DNA of 64,000 bases from Winogradskyella sp. UBA3174 (lineage in GTDB: Bacteria > Bacteroidota > Bacteroidia > Flavobacteriales > Flavobacteriaceae). The notes beneath the pieces are model-generated. The model was not told the origin of the DNA, made no database searches, and saw nothing but the letters and a program-made list of their open reading frames with translations. The position numbers were made by a program, and so were the translations under genes. The stretch lies in assembly GCF_002364335.1 (NCBI RefSeq), contig NZ_DEXW01000077.1, positions 42,281 through 106,280 on the forward strand. Direction: 5' to 3'. Positions 40,122 to 49,133 of this stretch are shown here, piece by piece (the first letter of the stretch is position 1; the number at the start of each line of letters is the position of its first letter).

Positions 40122-41057
40122 ATGAGTCTAAGAAAAACCTTTTCAAACTTTTTTAGAGAAACTGAATTGGGTTATTATTTTATAAAACCCTTTTATTTAG
40201 TATATCTCATGGGATTAAAATTAATTCCTGATAAAATTATTGTAAGAAATACTTTTAAAAGACATTTAGGTTACGCTCTCAATTTAGATAATCCTAAAAC
40301 ATTAAATGAAAAATTAAATTGGCTTAAACTATATAACAGAAAGGATCTTCATACTACAATAGCAGATAAATATAAAGTAAGAGCATATGTAGAAAAAAAG
40401 ATTGGGAATAAATACTTAGTGCCCTTATACTACGAAACAAAAAACACCAATGATTTAAAACCTGAGAACTTACCTGAAGCAAACTTTATTATTAAGACAA
40501 ACCACGATAGTTCTGGAGGTTTAATTGTTAGAGATAAATCATTAATAGATTGGAAAAAAGAAAGAAAAAGATTTAAAAGAAAATTAAACGAAAATCATTA
40601 CGTTTCTACAGGAGAATGGCAGTATAAGTATATAAAGCCTAGAATTATAGTAGAAAAACTTTTAATTATGGAGGATGGCAGCATACCCAACGATTATAAA
40701 TTTCAATTTTTTAATGGGAAATTTGCTTTTGCTTTTGTTGATTTAGATCGTTATTCTGGCGAACGAACTAGAAATTTATATGATTCAAATTGGGATTTAA
40801 TGTCTTGTGAATGGGGAAGACCAAATGGAGAAAAAATTCCGAAGCCAACCAATTTTGATGAAATGAAAAAAGTTGCTGAAAAATTAGCAGAGGATTTTGT
40901 TTGTATTCGAGTTGATTTTTATCTTGTAAAGGGTCAGGTTTATTTTGGTGAATTAACATTACATCATGCCTCTGGGCTTCAAAAATTCTTTCAAAAAGAA
41001 TGTGACTATAAATTTGGAGAACTATTAAACATTGAAAACCTAAAAGGTATCGATTAA
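40122..41057 (+). CDS. TupA-like ATP-grasp family protein, paralog 2
   Basis: Collinear with 37983..38933 along its whole length, with long identical runs (IIKTNHDSSGGLIVRDKS, TRNLYDS, WGRPNG). Confidence 0.65.
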   Translation: MSLRKTFSNFFRETELGYYFIKPFYLVYLMGLKLIPDKIIVRNTFKRHLGYALNLDNPKTLNEKLNWLKLYNRKDLHTTIADKYKVRAYVEKKIGNKYLVPLYYETKNTNDLKPENLPEANFIIKTNHDSSGGLIVRDKSLIDWKKERKRFKRKLNENHYVSTGEWQYKYIKPRIIVEKLLIMEDGSIPNDYKFQFFNGKFAFAFVDLDRYSGERTRNLYDSNWDLMSCEWGRPNGEKIPKPTNFDEMKKVAEKLAEDFVCIRVDFYLVKGQVYFGELTLHHASGLQKFFQKECDYKFGELLNIENLKGID

Positions 41058-41241
41058 ATAATAAATATATTCTACCCAATATGTTTGATATCCGTAAAAA
41101 TAAAAATTAGTTAAATTAAAATAATAAAACATCTAAAAAAACCTGAATTATAAAACGATCTTGAAAGACTATAAAATTGATAAAAAATAATTCTCAAACA
41201 TTTTGCCAGCTCTTTTTACATCATAGAATACAATAATTAAA

Positions 41242-42390
41242 ATGTCCTCAAATAAAAAAAAATATATAAGCATATTAAGTATAACTCTAGGAAGTGGTGG
41301 TGCCGAAAAGGTTATTAGCCTTCTTTTAAAGGCACTTAAAAACGACTACAATGTTACGTTGGTATTGTTCTATAATGTGATCCACTTCCCTATTCCAGAA
41401 GGTGTAAATGTTATCTTTCTTTCTGACAAAGGTCCAGACAGACCCTTTCATTTAAAGATTATAGATTCGTTGAAGTTTATAACTAAGTATAACCGTTTTG
41501 TAAAAAGAAATAATATAGATATTTCTATTGCCTTTTTAGCCTTTCCAAATCTAATTAATGGTATCGTTTCTATGCTAAATAAAAAGGTTAAAACTATTAT
41601 AAGCGAACGCGGATTTCCTTCTGATAATGTGTCAAGCAAACTATCACTTTACATTTCAAAACTATTTTATCCTATTTTTTACAATAGATGTGATAAACTA
41701 TTTTCAAATTCGACACATATAAATAAAGACTTAAAAAATAATTTTGGAATTAAGATTCCGATGGAAGTTATTTACAATCCTATTGAAATTCCGAAACAAA
41801 CTATCAATCCTAAAGGATTAAATAGTAATGAAGCCTTAGATATAATAACCGCTGGCACATTAAATATTAGGAAGAATCAAATCATGATTATTAGGGCTTT
41901 AAATGAAATTCAGAATAACGATAAGCTAACCATACTAGGTGGTGGTGAACTTCACGACTATTTAACAAATCAAATAGAAGCACTTAATCTTAAAGACCAA
42001 GTAAAACTAGGTGGTAAAGTTAAAGATGTAAATGCGCATTTATTTAAAAGTAATTGTTTTGTCTTGTCATCGTTTACAGAGGGGTTTCCAAATGCGCTAT
42101 TAGAAGCTATGGCTATAGGTTTACCAAGTATTTCTACCAATTGTTTGTCTGGCCCATTAGAATTATTAAATGCCAATGAAGCTGTTAATATTGAAGACGG
42201 TGAATTCTTTATTGGCAAATATGGACTTTTAGTAAATAATGACGATCATGTTGGTTTAAGTAAAGCACTCGCCTATTTTAGAAATAACCCAGACGAAAGA
42301 GAAAAATATAGTTCACTAAGTTTAAAACGAGCTAAAGAATATCATTTAGATACAATATATCATAAATTTAACCAATTTATAAATAACTAA
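41242..42390 (+). CDS. Glycosyltransferase family 4
   Basis: GSGGAEKV N-terminal motif and C-terminal TEGFPNALLEAM. Confidence 0.8.
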   Translation: MSSNKKKYISILSITLGSGGAEKVISLLLKALKNDYNVTLVLFYNVIHFPIPEGVNVIFLSDKGPDRPFHLKIIDSLKFITKYNRFVKRNNIDISIAFLAFPNLINGIVSMLNKKVKTIISERGFPSDNVSSKLSLYISKLFYPIFYNRCDKLFSNSTHINKDLKNNFGIKIPMEVIYNPIEIPKQTINPKGLNSNEALDIITAGTLNIRKNQIMIIRALNEIQNNDKLTILGGGELHDYLTNQIEALNLKDQVKLGGKVKDVNAHLFKSNCFVLSSFTEGFPNALLEAMAIGLPSISTNCLSGPLELLNANEAVNIEDGEFFIGKYGLLVNNDDHVGLSKALAYFRNNPDEREKYSSLSLKRAKEYHLDTIYHKFNQFINN

Positions 42391-42406
42391 AAAAAGCCTC
42401 AAAAGC

Positions 42407-44311
42407 ATGTGTGGAATTAATGGATTTATAGATTTAACTAGTCCTAACGAACAAAAAGTTACATCTATTCTTAATAAAATGAACGACCTTATATTACATA
42501 GAGGTCCAGATGAAGATGGTCTATTTTCAGAACAAAATGACACTTTTTCAATAGGCATGGGAATGAGACGTTTATCTATTATAGATTTATCGTCAGGAAA
42601 GCAACCTATATTTTCTGAGGACAAACAAATAGTCATCGTATTCAATGGTGAAATTTATAACTACAAAATATTAAAAGCACAATTAGAAGCAGAGGGCGTA
42701 ACCTTTAAAACCTCTAGTGATACTGAAGTTATACTAAAAGCTTATGAAAAACATGGTGTAGAATCGTTTCAGTGGTTAGATGGCATGTATGGTTTTAGTA
42801 TATATGATAAAAAAATTAATAAGCTTTTTATTGCTCGTGATTTTTTTGGTGAAAAGCCATTATATTACACAAAGACTGATAAAGCGTTTATTTGGGCGTC
42901 AGAGTTAAAATCTATAATAAAAACTATTGATTTTACTCCTAATATTTCAAAAACAGGATTGAATTTATATTTTAGATTAACTTATATACCTGCTCCTCAC
43001 ACCATTTATGAAAACATACATAAATTAGAAGCAAATCATTATATAACTTATGATTTGGCTTCAGATAAGACTGAGATTCATAAAATAAACCAAGAGCCTG
43101 TACCTAAGGTAAAAAATATATCTTTTGAGGATGCTAAAGCTAAAACCAAAGATTTAGTTTATAAAAGTGTGGATAGCAGATCTATAGCAGATGTGGGCTT
43201 AGGAACATTCTTATCAGGAGGCGTAGATTCTTCTATTATTTCGCTTTGTTTATCCCAAGCTTCAGATAAAAAAATTGATACCTTTTCTATTGGCTTTAAA
43301 AAAGCATCTTACGATGAGACAGATAAATCTAGAGTTGTAGCTGAAATGCTTAATAGTAATCATCACGAATTTATTATTGATGAAGATGATCTCAAAGATA
43401 ATATTCATGAAATTTTAGTGAACTTTGATGAGCCTTTTTCCGATACAGCTGCCTTACCCACTCACCTACTTTCAAGTAAAACGAGAGAACATGTAACTGT
43501 AGCTTTAACGGGAGATGGTGGTGATGAAGTCTTTGGAGGTTATAACAAGTACTACATTGGTAAAATGAATAGTAGATACACAAGTATAGTCCCTAAAGCG
43601 CTTCATAAACCAATTTTAGGACTAAGTAATAAGTATCTAGTTAATAAAGATGATAAGCGAGGTAAGAAATTTCAAATCAATAAATTACTTAATGCGATAA
43701 GCTATGATGGTAATTTTTATTGGGATATTATTTCATTAGCTAATACTAGTAATCAGTTAGCTGAAATTATGTCTCCAGATTACTATATTGATAATTTATT
43801 TCAAGAGTATAAAGACATCTTAAAAAAGCAAAAGATTGAAAGCTTAACAGATTTTAGATCAGTAGACAAAATTTTAAGTTTAGAAGGTGGTATGTTGGCA
43901 AAAGTAGATCGAACTAGCATGATGACATCTTTAGAATGTAGAGCTCCATTTTTAAACAAAGACCTTTGGGAATTTACCAACACCTTACCAGAAAACTATT
44001 TAATGAAAGGTTGGAACAAAAAGCATATTCTAAAAGAGGCTTTTAGAGATCAATTTCCTGAAGAGTTCTTAGAAAAAAGTAAAAGTGGTTTTGGTTCACC
44101 TACCGGAGATTGGTTAAGACAAAGTTTAAGAAAAGAATTAGAAAGTTATATCGAACCAGATTTACTAAAATCTCAAGGTATTTTTAATGTAGATATTATT
44201 ACCCAATTGGTGAGAGATCATTTAGATAGTAAAAAGGATAGTACTTTTAGAGTATGGTCGTATTATTGTTTCCAAAAATGGTATAAATTTAATTTTCTAA
44301 AACAAGGATAA
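42407..44311 (+). CDS. Asparagine synthase (glutamine-hydrolysing) family amidotransferase, copy 2
   Basis: MCGI start and SGGVDSS PP-loop; 634 aa. Confidence 0.8.
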   Translation: MCGINGFIDLTSPNEQKVTSILNKMNDLILHRGPDEDGLFSEQNDTFSIGMGMRRLSIIDLSSGKQPIFSEDKQIVIVFNGEIYNYKILKAQLEAEGVTFKTSSDTEVILKAYEKHGVESFQWLDGMYGFSIYDKKINKLFIARDFFGEKPLYYTKTDKAFIWASELKSIIKTIDFTPNISKTGLNLYFRLTYIPAPHTIYENIHKLEANHYITYDLASDKTEIHKINQEPVPKVKNISFEDAKAKTKDLVYKSVDSRSIADVGLGTFLSGGVDSSIISLCLSQASDKKIDTFSIGFKKASYDETDKSRVVAEMLNSNHHEFIIDEDDLKDNIHEILVNFDEPFSDTAALPTHLLSSKTREHVTVALTGDGGDEVFGGYNKYYIGKMNSRYTSIVPKALHKPILGLSNKYLVNKDDKRGKKFQINKLLNAISYDGNFYWDIISLANTSNQLAEIMSPDYYIDNLFQEYKDILKKQKIESLTDFRSVDKILSLEGGMLAKVDRTSMMTSLECRAPFLNKDLWEFTNTLPENYLMKGWNKKHILKEAFRDQFPEEFLEKSKSGFGSPTGDWLRQSLRKELESYIEPDLLKSQGIFNVDIITQLVRDHLDSKKDSTFRVWSYYCFQKWYKFNFLKQG

Positions 44312-45453
44312 TGAAAGAGATTAAGGACAAAAGAATATTAATTGTAGCATCACTATCAGCCTCTTTAATAAACTTTAGAGGTGATTTTATAGCAAGCTTA
44401 GTGAAAAATGGTTTTACGGTATATGCTGCAGCTCCAGATCACCCAGAACGCATTAGAGTGAAGCTTGAAGCACTAGGAGCTATCCCATTAGAATTTAGTT
44501 TAAATAGAACAGGTTTAAATCCAATAAAAGACCTTAATTCAATTAGTGAATTAAAAACTCTAATAAAGGAGTACAAAATTGACTTAGTTTTTCCTTACAC
44601 CGTAAAACCTGTTATATATAGCTCAATAGCTGCAAATAAGTGTAAAGTACCTGTTATTTCATTGATAACAGGATTAGGCTTCGCCTTTACTGGTTTAACC
44701 TTTAAAGCTAGAGTATTACAAAGATTAAATGAAACACTGTATAAGTTATCTATTCGTAAGAATAAGATTATTATATTTCAGAATAACGATGACTATCAAC
44801 TCTTTTTAGATCGCAAGATAATTTCTAAAGACAATAAAGTTGCACTTGTTAGTGGCTCTGGTGTTAATCTAAATCAATACAAAACTCGAGTTAAAAAAAA
44901 CACTTCAGATACTATTAGTTTCTTAATGGTTGCGAGATTAATTAAGGAAAAAGGTATAGCTCTTTATTTAGAAGCTGCCAAAACTTTAAAAGAAAAATAC
45001 CCAAAAGCTGAGTTTCATGTTATTGGTGCACCAGATAAATCTCCTTCTGCTATTAAATTAGAAGAATTGAATGCATTACACGAAAATGGGACTATTATAT
45101 ATCATGGTAATCAAAGAAATGTACCTGAACATCTTTATAACAGAGATGTTTTTGTATTGCCAACGTATTATAGAGAAGGAATCCCTAGATCTATTCTAGA
45201 AGCACTTTCTGTTGGTTTACCCATAATTACAACTAATACTCCAGGTTGTAAGGAAACCATATTAAAAGACAAAAACGGCATACTCATTAAACCAATGAAT
45301 TTGAATGAGTTAACCAATGCTATGGAATATTTTCTTATTAATAAAGAGAAAATTGAAGAAATGGGAATTAATAGTAGAGCCTATGCTGAGAATCGATTTG
45401 ATGTTAATATAATTAATAATGATTTAATTAATTTAATTAATGAAACTATATAA
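44311..45453 (+). CDS. Glycosyltransferase family 4, PglA/WbuB-like
   Basis: N-terminal ILIVASLSASLINFRGDFI pattern and C-terminal REGIPRSILEALS. Immediately upstream of the initiating transferase. Confidence 0.75.
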   Translation: MKEIKDKRILIVASLSASLINFRGDFIASLVKNGFTVYAAAPDHPERIRVKLEALGAIPLEFSLNRTGLNPIKDLNSISELKTLIKEYKIDLVFPYTVKPVIYSSIAANKCKVPVISLITGLGFAFTGLTFKARVLQRLNETLYKLSIRKNKIIIFQNNDDYQLFLDRKIISKDNKVALVSGSGVNLNQYKTRVKKNTSDTISFLMVARLIKEKGIALYLEAAKTLKEKYPKAEFHVIGAPDKSPSAIKLEELNALHENGTIIYHGNQRNVPEHLYNRDVFVLPTYYREGIPRSILEALSVGLPIITTNTPGCKETILKDKNGILIKPMNLNELTNAMEYFLINKEKIEEMGINSRAYAENRFDVNIINNDLINLINETI

Positions 45454-46054
45454 AAACATTATAAAACGCTTATTCGACTTTTTAACTGCACTTACAGGTC
45501 TCTTAATTATTTCACCTTTATTATTGGTTTTAATTATCATATTAGCAATACAAAATAATGGTAAACCCTTTTTTTACCAAGCACGTACAGGTGAAAACGG
45601 TAAAATATTTACTATTATTAAGTTTAAGACAATGACTGATAAGACAGATAAGGATGGTGAGTTATTACCTCCTCAAGATCGTATTACAAAAGCAGGTGAT
45701 ATTTGCAGACGCTACTCTTTAGATGAAATTCCGCAGCTCATTAATATATTAAAAGGTGATATGAGCCTTGTAGGTCCACGCCCATTATTACCTAAATATT
45801 TAGAACGCTATACCATAAAACAAACAAGACGACATGAAGTTATACCAGGTATAACTGGCTGGGCTCAGGTTAATGGAAGGAATGCTATTTCTTGGGAACA
45901 AAAATTTGAATTAGACGTTTATTATGTTAATAATCAGTCGTTTTTATTAGATATAAAAATTATTTTAAAAACCATAGATAAGGTCGTAAATAGAAAAGAT
46001 GTTAACAGCTCAAACGATGCTCAAATGGAGGAGTTTATGGGATCTAGTAATTAA
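45440..46054 (+). CDS. Undecaprenyl-phosphate sugar phosphotransferase (small PglC/WecA-unrelated bacterial sugar transferase family)
   Basis: One N-terminal re-entrant helix and the DEIPQLINILKGDMSLVGPRP signature; 204 aa. Confidence 0.85.
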   Translation: MKLYKNIIKRLFDFLTALTGLLIISPLLLVLIIILAIQNNGKPFFYQARTGENGKIFTIIKFKTMTDKTDKDGELLPPQDRITKAGDICRRYSLDEIPQLINILKGDMSLVGPRPLLPKYLERYTIKQTRRHEVIPGITGWAQVNGRNAISWEQKFELDVYYVNNQSFLLDIKIILKTIDKVVNRKDVNSSNDAQMEEFMGSSN

Positions 46055-46063
46055 TTAAGGATG

Positions 46064-46720
46064 TTATATAATATTTAACTCGTTGTAGCTAAGAATAAAA
46101 TGTTTGGGTTGATGAGCTTCACTCATGTACTGATTCGCTTGATAATGAATATTTTTACCGTTATCTATTAAACCTATTGATTTCCAACCTAATCTATTAG
46201 GCGACACAAAATCTTTTTTCAAATTATCTGCGATGTACCAATATTCAGTTCCTTTTATAGCAGATTCTATGGCTTTATAATTTGCTTCATCTGGTTTTTC
46301 AGTTCCTAAGTCTTCTGATATTATTATTTTATCAAATAAATCAAAAACCCCTAAAGCTTTTAATTTTGCAATTTGCGTTTTAGTTCTACCATCAGTTATT
46401 ATACCTAGTTTTCCATTTTTAGATATAATGTTATTTATAATATTAAGTATGCCATCAAACAAATTAATATTTGGTAGGTGATAACGATACATATCAACAA
46501 GAGTCTTTTGCTCAACTCCATATTTTGAAACTAGTACCTCAAACACATTCTCTTTACATCGGTATAAAGACAGCATCGAACTATACAATTGTTTCCAATC
46601 TTTTTGGTCAAGCTGTTGCGCTATATGCTGATAGGCTGATTTTAAGTAATCTAATTCGTTGTAAAGCGTATCATCCAAATCAAAGACAATAACAGTGTCT
46701 TGACTAATCTTTATATCCAT
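46064..46720 (-). CDS. HAD-superfamily hydrolase
   Basis: FDLDDTLY (DxDxT) motif I; 218 aa. Confidence 0.75.
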   Translation of the reverse strand: MDIKISQDTVIVFDLDDTLYNELDYLKSAYQHIAQQLDQKDWKQLYSSMLSLYRCKENVFEVLVSKYGVEQKTLVDMYRYHLPNINLFDGILNIINNIISKNGKLGIITDGRTKTQIAKLKALGVFDLFDKIIISEDLGTEKPDEANYKAIESAIKGTEYWYIADNLKKDFVSPNRLGWKSIGLIDNGKNIHYQANQYMSEAHQPKHFILSYNELNII

Positions 46721-47675
46721 GCACTAAAATTTCGTCATCATATCTAATCATTAATAAGTCACTCTCCCATGTATCAAACTTATCATCAATACTTTTATTT
46801 AATAAGTATTCTTCTATAATCCATTTCGGGAAATTAGCACCAGATAAATAAGATAAAGGATACCCTCCACCAAACCTTGGATTTATTTCTATAGCACAAA
46901 TTTTAGAATCATCATACTTACTTAGAAAAAACTGAGCCGTAATACAACCTACTGCACCATCAATTTGATTGAGGTGTTTTTTTATATAATTAACTAAGGT
47001 ATTATTTTTTGTTAATGCTTTATAAACTTCCCCATCTCTAACCTCTAACCGTTTTCTTGGGACAACACATCTTAACTGATGATCTCTAGAATAGTAGAGG
47101 TCGCAAGTAAACTCATCAAACTCATCGTGATCTATATACTCTAAAAACATAAATTTTTCATTACTAAAATGATAGCTGGTTAAATCGCTTTCACTGTTTA
47201 TTAAGTAAGTATCTACACTTCTACTACCATCGTAAGGCTTAATAAACATTGGTAATTCGTAATTGTCTTTTCTATATTCTTTAGCGATTCTGACCCCTTT
47301 TAATTCAAAAAATTCATGAATAACTCTTTTATTACGGCATTTTCTAATAAAGTCTGAAGAAGAAATAACGACTCTTATGCCTTTTGACTCTAAATAAGCC
47401 ATATTTTCTGATAATAGCAAAAGTTCAGTATCTATAGTTGGTATAATAAGCTTTATACCATTTTCGAGACATATAGAAATAAGCTTATCTAAATAATTAA
47501 CTTGATCTAGTCTAGGAACTTTAAAATAATCGTCAGCAACATGGCAAGCTGCAGAAAGTTTTGGGTTAAAATCTGCCGCGTATACTTTTCCTACAGAATT
47601 AATCTTAGTTAATTCTTTTTTAAATGCTCTGACGAGTGATACTCTTCTTCCGGCAGAAGTTATTAGGATGTTCAT
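46704..47675 (-). CDS. ATP-grasp domain ligase (carbamoyl-phosphate-synthase-like pre-ATP-grasp + ATP-grasp)
   Basis: MNILITSAGRRVSLVRAF start typical of this ATP-grasp subgroup, and a C-terminal IEINPRFGGGYP motif. Overlaps the HAD gene by 17 nt. Confidence 0.7.
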   Translation of the reverse strand: MNILITSAGRRVSLVRAFKKELTKINSVGKVYAADFNPKLSAACHVADDYFKVPRLDQVNYLDKLISICLENGIKLIIPTIDTELLLLSENMAYLESKGIRVVISSSDFIRKCRNKRVIHEFFELKGVRIAKEYRKDNYELPMFIKPYDGSRSVDTYLINSESDLTSYHFSNEKFMFLEYIDHDEFDEFTCDLYYSRDHQLRCVVPRKRLEVRDGEVYKALTKNNTLVNYIKKHLNQIDGAVGCITAQFFLSKYDDSKICAIEINPRFGGGYPLSYLSGANFPKWIIEEYLLNKSIDDKFDTWESDLLMIRYDDEILVHGYKD

Positions 47676-48008
47676 TTACCAGTTTGTATTAAAAAAAATA
47701 ATTAAAGATAAAGATACTGTAGATTTAGTGATTGCAGTAAACTTAATCGTCATAAAACAAAATAATTAGTTCTATGAAACAAATTATTTTACAGTAGCTC
47801 AACCCATAACAAATGTATTGCAAATAAGATGCTTAGCTAAATAAATCTTGTATCTAGTTAACAACGTAAATATCTGCTTTTAATCGTTTTATTTTGGGTT
47901 GTTACATTTTATTGGTGCATATTTAACCGATTTTTAAATTGTGTCCCAAATCCCTCTTATAGACATCTAATTGAATAGTAATAATTAATTACTTAACAAT
48001 TTTTGCTT

Positions 48009-49133
48009 ATGAAACCTAAAATATGGCTTTCATCACCACACATGAGTGGTAATGAAGAACCTTACATAAAAGAAGCTTTTGAAACAAATTGGATTGCTCC
48101 GCTTGGACCAAACGTCAATGGTTTTGAAAACGATTTACAAACTTTTTTAAACGAAGATAGACAAGTTGCTGCTTTAGCCTCTGGTACCTCAGCATTACAT
48201 CTAAGCCTTATTATGCTTGGTGTTAGTCATGGTGATGAAGTTATTTGCCAAAGTAAAACTTTTTCTGCTTCAGCTAACCCTATTGTTTACCAAGGCGCTA
48301 CACCTATTTTTGTTGACAGCGAATGGGATACATGGAATATATGTCCTGAACAACTGGAAATAGCAATTAAAGATAGAATTGCAAAAGGAAAAAAACCTAA
48401 AGCAATTATAGCAGTACATCTCTACGGAATGCCTTATAAGGTAAATGAAATTAATAAAGTCGCAGAGGCTTATAATATTCCTATAATTGAAGATAGTGCA
48501 GAATCTTTAGGAAGTCGCTACAACGGACAAAACTGTGGTACTTTTGGTGATCTAGCTATTTTATCATTTAATGGAAACAAAATAATTACAACCTCTGGTG
48601 GAGGAGCTTTAGTGACAAAAACTAAAGCACAAAAAGAGAAAGCTGTTTTTTTAGCGACTCAAGCACGTGATGACGCACCTCATTACCAACATTCTCATAT
48701 TGGTTATAATTATAGAATGTCTAATATTATTGCAGGTATTGGCCGTGGACAAATGACTATATTGCAAAGTCATGTAAATAAGCGTCGCTCCAACCACCAA
48801 TTATATCAAGACTCCTTTAAAAATATAGCTAAAATTTCATTTTTAAATGAACCTAAAGGTTACTATTCTAATCGTTGGTTATCTTGTATTCTTTTAGATT
48901 CAAAAGACACAAGAGAAAGCCTGAGATTAGCCTTAGAAAAAGAAAATATAGAATCTAGACCTTTATGGAAACCTATGCATCAGCAACCAATTTTTAGTAA
49001 TGCACCTAGCTATTTAAATGGTGTTTCTGATGAACTTTTTGAAAGAGGATTATGTCTTCCAAGCGGTTCAAACTTAACTGATACTGAATTAGATAGAGTG
49101 GTTTCTGCTATAAATATGTATTTTGCAGTATGA
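48009..49133 (+). CDS. DegT/DnrJ/EryC1-family nucleotide-sugar aminotransferase (PglE-like)
   Basis: SGTSALHL and FNGNKIITTSGGGAL (PLP lysine) motifs. The ATG at 48009 is preferred over the TTG at 48003. Confidence 0.85.
   Translation: MKPKIWLSSPHMSGNEEPYIKEAFETNWIAPLGPNVNGFENDLQTFLNEDRQVAALASGTSALHLSLIMLGVSHGDEVICQSKTFSASANPIVYQGATPIFVDSEWDTWNICPEQLEIAIKDRIAKGKKPKAIIAVHLYGMPYKVNEINKVAEAYNIPIIEDSAESLGSRYNGQNCGTFGDLAILSFNGNKIITTSGGGALVTKTKAQKEKAVFLATQARDDAPHYQHSHIGYNYRMSNIIAGIGRGQMTILQSHVNKRRSNHQLYQDSFKNIAKISFLNEPKGYYSNRWLSCILLDSKDTRESLRLALEKENIESRPLWKPMHQQPIFSNAPSYLNGVSDELFERGLCLPSGSNLTDTELDRVVSAINMYFAV

Noticed and set aside
40768-41079. 103-aa minus-strand ORF spanning the end of the second TupA-like gene, plus a 99-aa minus-strand ORF at 42346..42645
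   Set aside because: Both are antisense to well-supported genes and extend only slightly into spacers, with no motifs.
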